Source: a virus. Taken from it: DNA of 48,519 nt. The stretch's first letter is position 1. Every line of letters starts with the position of its first letter. Made by a program: the position numbers and the translations under genes. Location of the stretch: positions 1-48,519 of the IMG/VR virus record IMGVR_UViG_3300010397_000018, one strand, 5' to 3'. This document shows, in pieces, positions 42,385 to 48,519 of this stretch. The notes below the pieces were generated by a model. It saw only the letters and a program-made list of their open reading frames with translations, made no database searches and was not told where the DNA came from.

Positions 42385-42416
42385 AGGGGCGGATGATGCC
42401 CTTTTATGGACTGACA

Positions 42417-42917
42417 CTAGCCAACTGCACATTCAGCCTCTCGTCTCATCCTCTCCTCCCAAGAAACTGGCTTAGCTCGATGCACTGCGCCATTCCACTT
42501 GGCGCCCTTCTGAAGATTCTCAGTTGCCCAAAGCGGCTGGAAGTTTGAGAAATGGAAGCACTCTTGGATTTGCGCCGGGTCGTTGAGATCGAACGATGCG
42601 CATGGGCGCTTATGGTCGGCGTGCCATTTGCCGTAGTTCTGCCATCTCATCCCTGGCAACCAAAGCGATTGCAGATGCTTCCTGAAGTCGTGAATGGAGC
42701 AGCCGATTAACGCTCTGAGCCTTTTGTGCTGTGAGTGGCCATGAGCCTTGATGGCTAGCGGGATCATGGCTCGCAAGCGCAGCACGTGGCGGAAATACGG
42801 ATCTTGGCGCTTCCTGAGCGCTCTGTAGTCGTGCTTGGGCTTCCTGGTTTCCGATGGTGCTGGCGCGAACGATTTCGCCCACTTCAGCGCATTCCCAAGT
42901 CGGTCATTTTCAGGCAT
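42417..42917 (-). CDS. HNH endonuclease
   Basis: GKWHADHKRPCASF ... NFQPLWATENLQKG (H-N-H core with the conserved N..K). Confidence 0.75.
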   Translation of the reverse strand: MPENDRLGNALKWAKSFAPAPSETRKPKHDYRALRKRQDPYFRHVLRLRAMIPLAIKAHGHSQHKRLRALIGCSIHDFRKHLQSLWLPGMRWQNYGKWHADHKRPCASFDLNDPAQIQECFHFSNFQPLWATENLQKGAKWNGAVHRAKPVSWEERMRREAECAVG

Positions 42918-43146
42918 GCGAAATCATACCCAAAATCATGTTTCGGACAAGCGTTTACCCCACGCTGCCGCGCTTCGCTTGGCGGGCTGTCCAGTCGCCA
43001 AAGAGTGCTTCGCAACTCGCTGCGCTCGCCCTGCGGGCCTTCGACTCTTCGCCAGCCTTTTGGACTCTCCACTGCACGCACTTCGTGCTCCTTTGGTTGT
43101 TGGTCTCGAATTGGTTTGGACTGAAGGGCGTACGCTTTGCGTACTG

Positions 43147-43560
43147 TCACCGAAGCAGCGCGCGCAGATCCGCCAGGCGCTTGCGAAGGTCCGGATCGTT
43201 GGCGCAGCGATGCTCTACGGCGCCGATGGCGTGGACAACCGTGCTGTGATCGCGCCAGCCGAAGGCGACGCCGATGTCTACCATCGAAAGCATCGTCAAT
43301 TCGTGCGCGAGCACCATGGCGATTTGCCGGGCCTCGGCCTGCTCACGCTTGCCGCGGCCCTTGGTCTTCATGGTCCGGAGCTCGACGCCAAACTCGTCCG
43401 CAACGGCCTTCTGGACGCGCCAGAGCCTCGCCAGCTCGCGATCCATCTGCGGCTTGGTCAAGAGAGCGCTCAGCCGGGCGTAGCCGCGCCGGCGAAGCTC
43501 TTGGAGTAGTTCGCGATCATCGCACTCCCCCAGGCACGCGGTTGGGGTTGGGGTGGTCAT
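43147..43560 (-). CDS. Stand-alone DnaA domain IV (DnaA-box-binding HTH) protein
   Basis: RQIAMVLAHELTMLSMVDIGVAFGWRDHSTVVHAIGAVEHRCANDPDLRKRLADL matches Bac_DnaA_C (aRqiAMyL.re.t..S...IG..FG.rDHsTV.ha); only 137 aa, with no AAA+ domain. Confidence 0.75.
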   Translation of the reverse strand: MTTPTPTACLGECDDRELLQELRRRGYARLSALLTKPQMDRELARLWRVQKAVADEFGVELRTMKTKGRGKREQAEARQIAMVLAHELTMLSMVDIGVAFGWRDHSTVVHAIGAVEHRCANDPDLRKRLADLRALLR

Positions 43561-43766
43561 GGCTTGCGGACTGAGAATTTCAGCGTGTGGATGTCATATC
43601 CACGGCGCTGGAGTTCCGGTAGCAGATCGCCAAAGACGCGATCCAACAGGCGAGCGTCGCTCTTGTCGCATTCCTCGCCCCACGAGAAACACAGATCCTC
43701 AACGTGACCCCTAATCTTGCCGTAGCCGGCCTGAAGGGTCTTCGGTTTGATCCTTGGAACGCCCAC
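43557..43766 (-). CDS. Hypothetical protein (69 aa)
   Basis: ATGA overlap with the downstream gene. Confidence 0.5.
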   Translation of the reverse strand: MGVPRIKPKTLQAGYGKIRGHVEDLCFSWGEECDKSDARLLDRVFGDLLPELQRRGYDIHTLKFSVRKP

Positions 43767-43768
43767 GG

Positions 43769-44695
43769 CTATACCCCCTCCTCTCGTGCGGGCGGCTCGG
43801 GGAGCGCGGGGACTGGTTGCCAGTGCGTGGGCTGATTCTCTGGCCTACGACTCCATGTAGCGCCCGCTCCTCGCATATGCCAATGAGGGCGACCAAAGCG
43901 AATGCGATCGTCTTCGGTCCATTGGGCAATGTAAGGCAGCGCAAAATGAGCAGCCCATGCGATGATGAGCCTGTCCTTCGGTGCATCCGCGATAACCCGC
44001 CACGCCGGCGGCGCGGGTGAGGCGGCGAGGGCTTGGTATGCTGCTTCACGAATCAAGACGGATTGGTTTTGCGTGGCTCTGGTCTCGATGAATGCCAGCG
44101 CCTCCCGCAACCGCGCGTTCTCGGCTTCGCTGGCGGCGAGTTTATCCCGACAAGAATCGCACTGGGTGGCCAGTGTCATTTTAAGGATCCGATCTTGTTC
44201 CTCCTGCCATTTCAGCATCGCAATTTTCTCGGATGATTTGAGCAGTTTTAGTGGTAGCTGCTGAGGATCTGTAAGCGAAAGCCCTACACAAAACTCTACG
44301 CATCGCTCTTCGGATTTGATGGCGGCTTCGCTTTTCGCCTTCAGCTCCGCAAGCTCCGCCTCCAGCTTGGCCACGTCGGGGGCGGGCCTGTCTAGCAACG
44401 CGCGTATTTTGCGATAATCACCCCAGCTGATTTCACAGCAGCACCATTGGTCGCCCTGTGACGGGTCATCCTCAACTCCATCGATGCAATCACGCAGCAC
44501 CTTCGCCGCCTCCCGCATCCAGTCGCTCGGCGCGGGGGCTTTCTCTTCGTCTTCGGGTGGCCACTCAGCTTTGCCGCAATCAGCACAGATCCAATACGAA
44601 ACAGGAGCGCCAGTAACCCGTCGAATGGGTCGCATTTCCCTGCGGCACTCGGGGCACAGCTTCACTTCCGGCGCTGGGTCAGGGGTTGGGGTCAT
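43769..44695 (-). CDS. Zinc-ribbon / coiled-coil / DUF551-like protein
   Basis: N-terminal CPECRREM...CADCG zinc ribbon, central coiled coil, C-terminal WRVIADAPKDRLIIAW...PTHWQPVPALPEPP resembling DUF551. Confidence 0.55.
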   Translation of the reverse strand: MTPTPDPAPEVKLCPECRREMRPIRRVTGAPVSYWICADCGKAEWPPEDEEKAPAPSDWMREAAKVLRDCIDGVEDDPSQGDQWCCCEISWGDYRKIRALLDRPAPDVAKLEAELAELKAKSEAAIKSEERCVEFCVGLSLTDPQQLPLKLLKSSEKIAMLKWQEEQDRILKMTLATQCDSCRDKLAASEAENARLREALAFIETRATQNQSVLIREAAYQALAASPAPPAWRVIADAPKDRLIIAWAAHFALPYIAQWTEDDRIRFGRPHWHMRGAGATWSRRPENQPTHWQPVPALPEPPAREEGV

Positions 44696-44949
44696 GGCTG
44701 GAATGCGATGACTCCATCGCCGTTACACCGCTTGCATGTTTCTTCCTGCTCTCCGATGACGCAGGCCCCTTTGCATTCCGGGCACTCCACGGGCTCGTCT
44801 TCGAAATCGTAGTAGCCCTGATGCTCCACATCTCCTCCAAATTCACAATCATGGACGAGTTCCATCAGCTTCGCATTTGCCTCCTCGGCAGAGCGCGCTT
44901 GAATCTCAAAATGGCGTTCGAATTTAACGGTTTGTTTGTACGTGTTCAT
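44692..44949 (-). CDS. Small protein with DnaJ-type CxxCxGxG zinc-finger motifs
   Basis: CPECKGACVIGEQEETCKRCNGDG. Confidence 0.55.
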   Translation of the reverse strand: MNTYKQTVKFERHFEIQARSAEEANAKLMELVHDCEFGGDVEHQGYYDFEDEPVECPECKGACVIGEQEETCKRCNGDGVIAFQP

Positions 44950-45287
44950 TTCTTCTCCGGTTGAGGTTGAGGGGTCAGGGCGCGGTCGCAGGCGTCAGAA
45001 ATACGGTTGGCGCAATTTACGGCCCCGCAGTCGCCATCGTATCCCCAACGGGTCTGTTCGATTTGCTCGGCCTCATAGGCGCAGATTCGCAGCGCCTTGC
45101 GCAGCTCGGCGCATTCGCGTTCGAGGGCGCGGGCGACCTGCCATCCGGATTCAGGACGCGGGTCGTTTATTAGCGCGTCAAGACGCTGCTCTTGGGTGTC
45201 ATCATTGTGCCGAGCGCACCATTGCAATGTCGCGAGGTAGGCCGCTTCGGTTTCCGGCGTGGGCGTTGGTTGGTCGGTGGTGGTCAT
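44946..45287 (-). CDS. Hypothetical protein (113 aa)
   Basis: Start trimmed to MTTTDQP (ATG 45287, CCGACCT context); the ORF track opens at GTG 45323. Confidence 0.5.
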   Translation of the reverse strand: MTTTDQPTPTPETEAAYLATLQWCARHNDDTQEQRLDALINDPRPESGWQVARALERECAELRKALRICAYEAEQIEQTRWGYDGDCGAVNCANRISDACDRALTPQPQPEKK

Positions 45288-45298
45288 AGGTCGGTTGG

Positions 45299-45535
45299 CT
45301 ATTTTCGCGGGACCACGACACACGTGTTCGCCTCAGTATCGATTTCGAGGGTGACGTATTCGCCGTATTCCAGCCACTTGAGCGCCTGATCTCGCAGGGT
45401 GGTGTGTCGGCCATCGATCAGGCTTTCACGCTCTTCGTCGGTCAGCCCGGGAACTCCCGCGAGCTGCTGCTTTGCTGCCTCTTGGATAGCCTCGTATGGG
45501 CCATCCGGGTCTTTCATGGTGATGCGGTATTTCAT
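45299..45535 (-). CDS. Small conserved hypothetical protein, paralog of 1765..1941
   Basis: Shared MK.(K/R)IT.K.PD..(F/Y).AIQ and YGE..T.EIDTE..TC.VV blocks. Confidence 0.65.
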   Translation of the reverse strand: MKYRITMKDPDGPYEAIQEAAKQQLAGVPGLTDEERESLIDGRHTTLRDQALKWLEYGEYVTLEIDTEANTCVVVPRK

Positions 45536-45580
45536 AGCTGTATGCTCCGGCAAAGCTCGCCGAAGCGGGAGGTGGTGGGG

Positions 45581-47368
45581 TTATTCATCGCCCCTCCGGT
45601 TGGAGTTTGGCGCCGGGTCCTTCCACGGCGTGAAGCGGTAATTGAAGCGATTGAACGCCAGCTTAAATTCGCGGTACGTGCCTTCTTCGCGGTCCTTCTC
45701 CACCTTGAGGATCGCATCGGGCATCTTGTCCGTGCCTGGTTTCTTCTCCTCCATCATCTTCTCCTTCTCCCGGTTCCGCCAGACGACGAGGATGTTGTCG
45801 GCGTTGTCGCGGATGTGGCCGCTGCCCTTGATGTCGTGGGCCTCGGGGGAGTTGTGGCCAGGCGCCTTGCGCGGGTGGGTGACGAGGTGAACATGGACGC
45901 CCGTCTCGTGCGCGAACGTGGCGAGATCCGTGACGAACTCGTTCTGCGCCGGGTAATTTTCCTCCAGCCCGCGGATGCGCATCAGGCTGTCTACGCAGAC
46001 GTGCGAAATGCCGTAGCGGGCAAAGGCATAGTTCATCAACTCGAACAACTCCGCACGCTCTATGCTGCCCTCCTTGTCGCAGAAGAGCAGCCACGCTTTC
46101 AGGAAGTCCACCGCATCGCGCACGTCCTTTTGGTTTTCCACCACCATGCCAGACGACAGGATGAGCCGGCGCAGGACCTTTGCGGGCTGCATTTCGAAGC
46201 TGATAATCAACACCGGCCGCTGGGTTTTGTTGGCCAGCTTCAGCATCAGGTTGTTGAGCAGCGTGCTTTTGCCGTGCGAGCTGACCCCGGTCCACAGCGT
46301 AAGCTCGGCGGGGCGGAAGCGAAAGGTCAGTTCGGCGTTTTCGTGCGTCGTCTCGTTGGTGGCATGCCCCTGCTTTTCGGCGCTTGGGAAAAACACGTCC
46401 ACCGTTTGCTCCGTGTAGTGCGCCGCGTTGACGAGGTGCGCCACGGTCGCGTATTCCGCTGTCTCCACCCATCCCCGCGCCTCGGGCGCCCGCACACCCG
46501 CCTGGAGCGCCGCGTTGGCGTCTTTGTGCGGCATCCGAACCACTCGGCACCGGTGTTTGCCGAGACGGCCGCAAACCTCCTCCAAATTCTTCCGCCCGGC
46601 GCCGTCCTCGTCGAACGACAGGTAGATGGTTTTGAAACTCTCCAGATTCTGCCACTCGTACTCCAGCCACGTCTTTCCGCTGCCGTTGGGGATGGAGATG
46701 GCCGGCACACCCCACAGCGCCCAAGTCATGGCGTCGATCTGGCCTTCGCAAATGAGGATCTCGCGGGTGGCGTAATCCTCCTTGCTGAGCGCGTGCCAGC
46801 CGAAGAGGCAGGGCGCCGCTTCCTTGTCCTGCCAGACCTTCTTCTCGGCATCCAAGGTGCGCCAGGACCGGTTCACGAGCGCTCCCGACGGCGAGTAGCA
46901 GGGGAACACGATGGCGCGCGCGGCCTTATCTCCCTGCACCCGGTAGCGGTTCACGATGGCCGGGGTGAGGCAACGTTTGGACACGAGCCAATTCATGGCC
47001 GTGCCGTTGATGTCGAGAACCGGCCGGTCGTCGGCGGGTTTCTTCCACGAGCGATCGGGTAGCGCGGGCTCGTGGATGCCGAGCCATTGCTTGGCCTCAC
47101 GGAGCGCGTCGGGCAGCGGAATGCCCTTGGATTGCGACCACAGGTCCAGGGCGTCGCCTTTGTGCTCCTGCCCGTTCCAGTCCACCCAATGCCCGCGGTG
47201 CTGGCCTCCAAGATTCACCTTCAGCGTTTTCCCGGGCTCACCGAAGATGCTGCCGACTTCGTAGGTGGCGCCGTGCCGCTTGCCCGCCGGCAGCAGGTGC
47301 ATGCACAGGTTTTCGATGTTGTCCGCGAGGCGGGTAGCCACCTCCTGAATGCCGATGCGCCCTCTCAT
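45581..47368 (-). CDS. Bifunctional DNA primase/helicase (TOPRIM plus DnaB/gp4-like helicase)
   Basis: TOPRIM ILICEGQIDAMT and LSFDEDGAGR; helicase Walker A GVSSHGKST, Walker B HVCVDSL, HLVTHPRK. Confidence 0.85.
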   Translation of the reverse strand: MRGRIGIQEVATRLADNIENLCMHLLPAGKRHGATYEVGSIFGEPGKTLKVNLGGQHRGHWVDWNGQEHKGDALDLWSQSKGIPLPDALREAKQWLGIHEPALPDRSWKKPADDRPVLDINGTAMNWLVSKRCLTPAIVNRYRVQGDKAARAIVFPCYSPSGALVNRSWRTLDAEKKVWQDKEAAPCLFGWHALSKEDYATREILICEGQIDAMTWALWGVPAISIPNGSGKTWLEYEWQNLESFKTIYLSFDEDGAGRKNLEEVCGRLGKHRCRVVRMPHKDANAALQAGVRAPEARGWVETAEYATVAHLVNAAHYTEQTVDVFFPSAEKQGHATNETTHENAELTFRFRPAELTLWTGVSSHGKSTLLNNLMLKLANKTQRPVLIISFEMQPAKVLRRLILSSGMVVENQKDVRDAVDFLKAWLLFCDKEGSIERAELFELMNYAFARYGISHVCVDSLMRIRGLEENYPAQNEFVTDLATFAHETGVHVHLVTHPRKAPGHNSPEAHDIKGSGHIRDNADNILVVWRNREKEKMMEEKKPGTDKMPDAILKVEKDREEGTYREFKLAFNRFNYRFTPWKDPAPNSNRRGDE

Positions 47369-48198
47369 TGCCGCCCCCTTTTCAGGCCCGCTTGCAGCTC
47401 GGCGATCTCCGCGGCCTCAACTTCGCTGCGGCGGGCGATCTCTGCCGCCCGCTCGGCTTCGAATGCCGCAACATCTGGGGGCGCATTCTTGGCCTCGTGC
47501 TCGGCCTTGGCGCTGCGGAAGTAGCCGAGAAAGGAATCCTGGTGGATGCACCAGTCCTTGATTTCGCGGCCACCACGCATCCGCCATTGTGCCTTCGCCT
47601 CCCGCTGCCAGACCTTAGTCCACCAATCGGATTCCCAATCGTCGGCTGGAGTTGCCCTCGCCAGCCAAGTTTCGAGATTGGGCATAACGGTATTGGAAAA
47701 AGAAATTGGCGGCGAAGCTGCCCTATTCCTTTCCTTTCCATTCCCTTCCTCTTCCTTTCCATTCCCTTCCGTTGGGTTATGGCTTGGGTTTTCTTCGCTC
47801 ATGGCTTGGGTTATGGCTTGGGTTTTCGGTCTTCCTCCTTTTGATCCGTTTTGTCGGGAGGCTTCGGTTTTGGCTTGGGTTTTGGAAGATCCGCCGCGTC
47901 TGCCTCCCTCTCGCTCCGACTGTACCTCCATCTCCTTCTCTGCTGGGTAGTTCCACACGATCAAATCGTCGCCATCCCACATCAGCAACGGCATAGCGGC
48001 GTCGATTTCCGCCCGTGTGACGCCGCACATTTGCTGCCATTGCCGCGATCCCCAGAGCTTCCCGCCAGCCACGCGACCCCCGTTTTCCTGCGTAGCGCAC
48101 CACATGGAAACGCTGAGCCACGTCGCACGCGAAACGGGCTTGCAGCCGATAAACTCGGGAGAATGTAGGATTTTTGTTTCGAGATTGAGCCAGTTCAT
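47365..48198 (-). CDS. Replisome-organizer-like protein with a low-complexity repeat linker
   Basis: N-terminal MNWLNLETKILHSPEFIG...ATWLSVSMWCA resembles phage replication-initiator N-domains; central KTQAKT/KTQAITQA/GNGKEEE x2 linker; helical C-terminus. ATGA overlaps at both ends. Confidence 0.45.
   Translation of the reverse strand: MNWLNLETKILHSPEFIGCKPVSRATWLSVSMWCATQENGGRVAGGKLWGSRQWQQMCGVTRAEIDAAMPLLMWDGDDLIVWNYPAEKEMEVQSEREGGRRGGSSKTQAKTEASRQNGSKGGRPKTQAITQAMSEENPSHNPTEGNGKEEEGNGKERNRAASPPISFSNTVMPNLETWLARATPADDWESDWWTKVWQREAKAQWRMRGGREIKDWCIHQDSFLGYFRSAKAEHEAKNAPPDVAAFEAERAAEIARRSEVEAAEIAELQAGLKRGRQ
47731..47770. repeat. Tandem 21-bp repeat, 2 copies (TTCCTTTCCATTCCCTTCC)
   Basis: 47731-47749 and 47752-47770 are identical 19-mers with a 21-bp period; they encode GNGKEEE x2 on the minus strand. 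Confidence 0.85.
47771..47885. repeat. Cluster of GGCTTGGGTT iteron-like repeats (4 exact copies, 2 degenerate)
   Basis: Exact GGCTTGGGTT at 47781, 47803, 47815 and 47872. Variants: gttgggtt at 47771 and ggcttcggtt at 47860. Copies 2 and 3 are a direct 12-bp tandem, ATGGCTTGGGTT. Confidence 0.8.
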
Positions 48199-48519
48199 TG
48201 CAGATTTTGGAAGGCCGCGCGGCACTTCGCGGTGAAATTTCGGTGTTTGGTTTCGTGGCATTCACGGCACAAAGCCATGACATCCTCGGGCCGCTCAAAG
48301 CCGCGCCGCTCGTACGTGAGGTGGTCAACATCCACAGCGTTTCGCGAGCATACTTGGCATATCCAACGCGCGCGCTTCATGGCTCGGTAGCGGACAGCGG
48401 CCCAATGATTCGTGCGTAGATATTCGGGATACGGGAGGGAGCGGAGCGCGAGAATGATGGTTGCCAGCCCGTGCTCGATATTCACGGCATCCCACGAGTC
48501 GCCATCCCAAAACGGGTCC
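48195..48519 (-). CDS. HNH/zinc-ribbon-type small nuclease-like protein, truncated by the window edge (continues at 124..191 after the wrap)
   Basis: CQVCSRNAVDVDHLTYERRGFERPEDVMALCRECHETKH (CxxC ... H ... CxxCH). The frame stays open to the window end; the track start at 48485 is an internal GTG. Confidence 0.6.
   Translation of the reverse strand, partial: DPFWDGDSWDAVNIEHGLATIILALRSLPYPEYLRTNHWAAVRYRAMKRARWICQVCSRNAVDVDHLTYERRGFERPEDVMALCRECHETKHRNFTAKCRAAFQNLQ
48397..48519. repeat. Terminal direct repeat, copy B (identical to 1..123)
   Basis: See copy A. Confidence 0.95.

Noticed and set aside
45404-47062. 552-aa plus-strand ORF opposite the primase-helicase gene
   Set aside because: The minus-strand frame carries clear TOPRIM and Walker motifs. 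The plus frame is R/V/L/G-rich low-complexity sequence, typical of antisense frames in GC-rich DNA. The same reasoning applies to 9513..10781, 2012..3097, 4579..5577, 26266..27261, 27280..28584, 28265..29383, 30524..31666 and 35489..36742.
47731-47885. Possibility that the short direct repeats form a CRISPR array
   Set aside because: The repeats are 10-21 bp with no regular repeat-spacer periodicity, lie inside an intact ORF, and no cas genes are present.

Overview
The window is one complete, circularly closed genome of a temperate, high-GC tailed dsDNA phage. Bases 1-123 are identical to 48397-48519, giving a unit length of 48396 bp, and one gene reads through this junction. I count about 75 protein genes, two confident tRNAs and one tRNA-like element. 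Nearly all genes lie on the minus strand in long chains of ATGA stop/start overlaps.

Modules:
1. Lysogeny region (11.2-13.7 kb): two divergent ribbon-helix-helix genes, three GTGTAT-N3-TTACAC operator-like sites, a tyrosine integrase and a moron-like lipoprotein.
2. Early operon, running leftward from 11.4 kb through the junction to 42.4 kb. It encodes HNH nucleases, an XRE regulator, RecT plus a PD-(D/E)xK exonuclease, a beta sliding clamp, RusA, an MmcB-like nuclease, a PAPS-reductase-like PP-loop protein, a C5 cytosine methyltransferase, a replisome-organizer-like protein with internal iteron-like repeats, a TOPRIM/DnaB primase-helicase and a stand-alone DnaA domain IV protein.
3. A three-gene plus-strand operon (40.8-41.9 kb).
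4. A tRNA cluster (39.8-40.3 kb) heading the late operon (39.8 to 13.7 kb). The late operon holds lysis-like genes, large terminase, three glycosyltransferases, portal, scaffold, capsid, tail genes and three ejection-protein-like genes in a T7-like order.

I recognised no DNA or RNA polymerase, CRISPR array, rRNA or transposon.

Most unusual observations:
- The glycosyltransferase trio is translationally embedded between terminase and portal.
- A conserved CCGAA(A/C)C motif abuts start codons where a Shine-Dalgarno would be expected, and relays of ATGA-linked mini-ORFs bridge apparent intergenic gaps.
- The RHH/RHH switch has palindromic operators.
- The tRNAs are non-canonical.
- The portal carries DnaJ-type zinc-finger motifs.

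All product calls rest on motifs read by eye and remembered family signatures; no searches were run. Coordinates of non-CDS features may be off by 1-2 nt.
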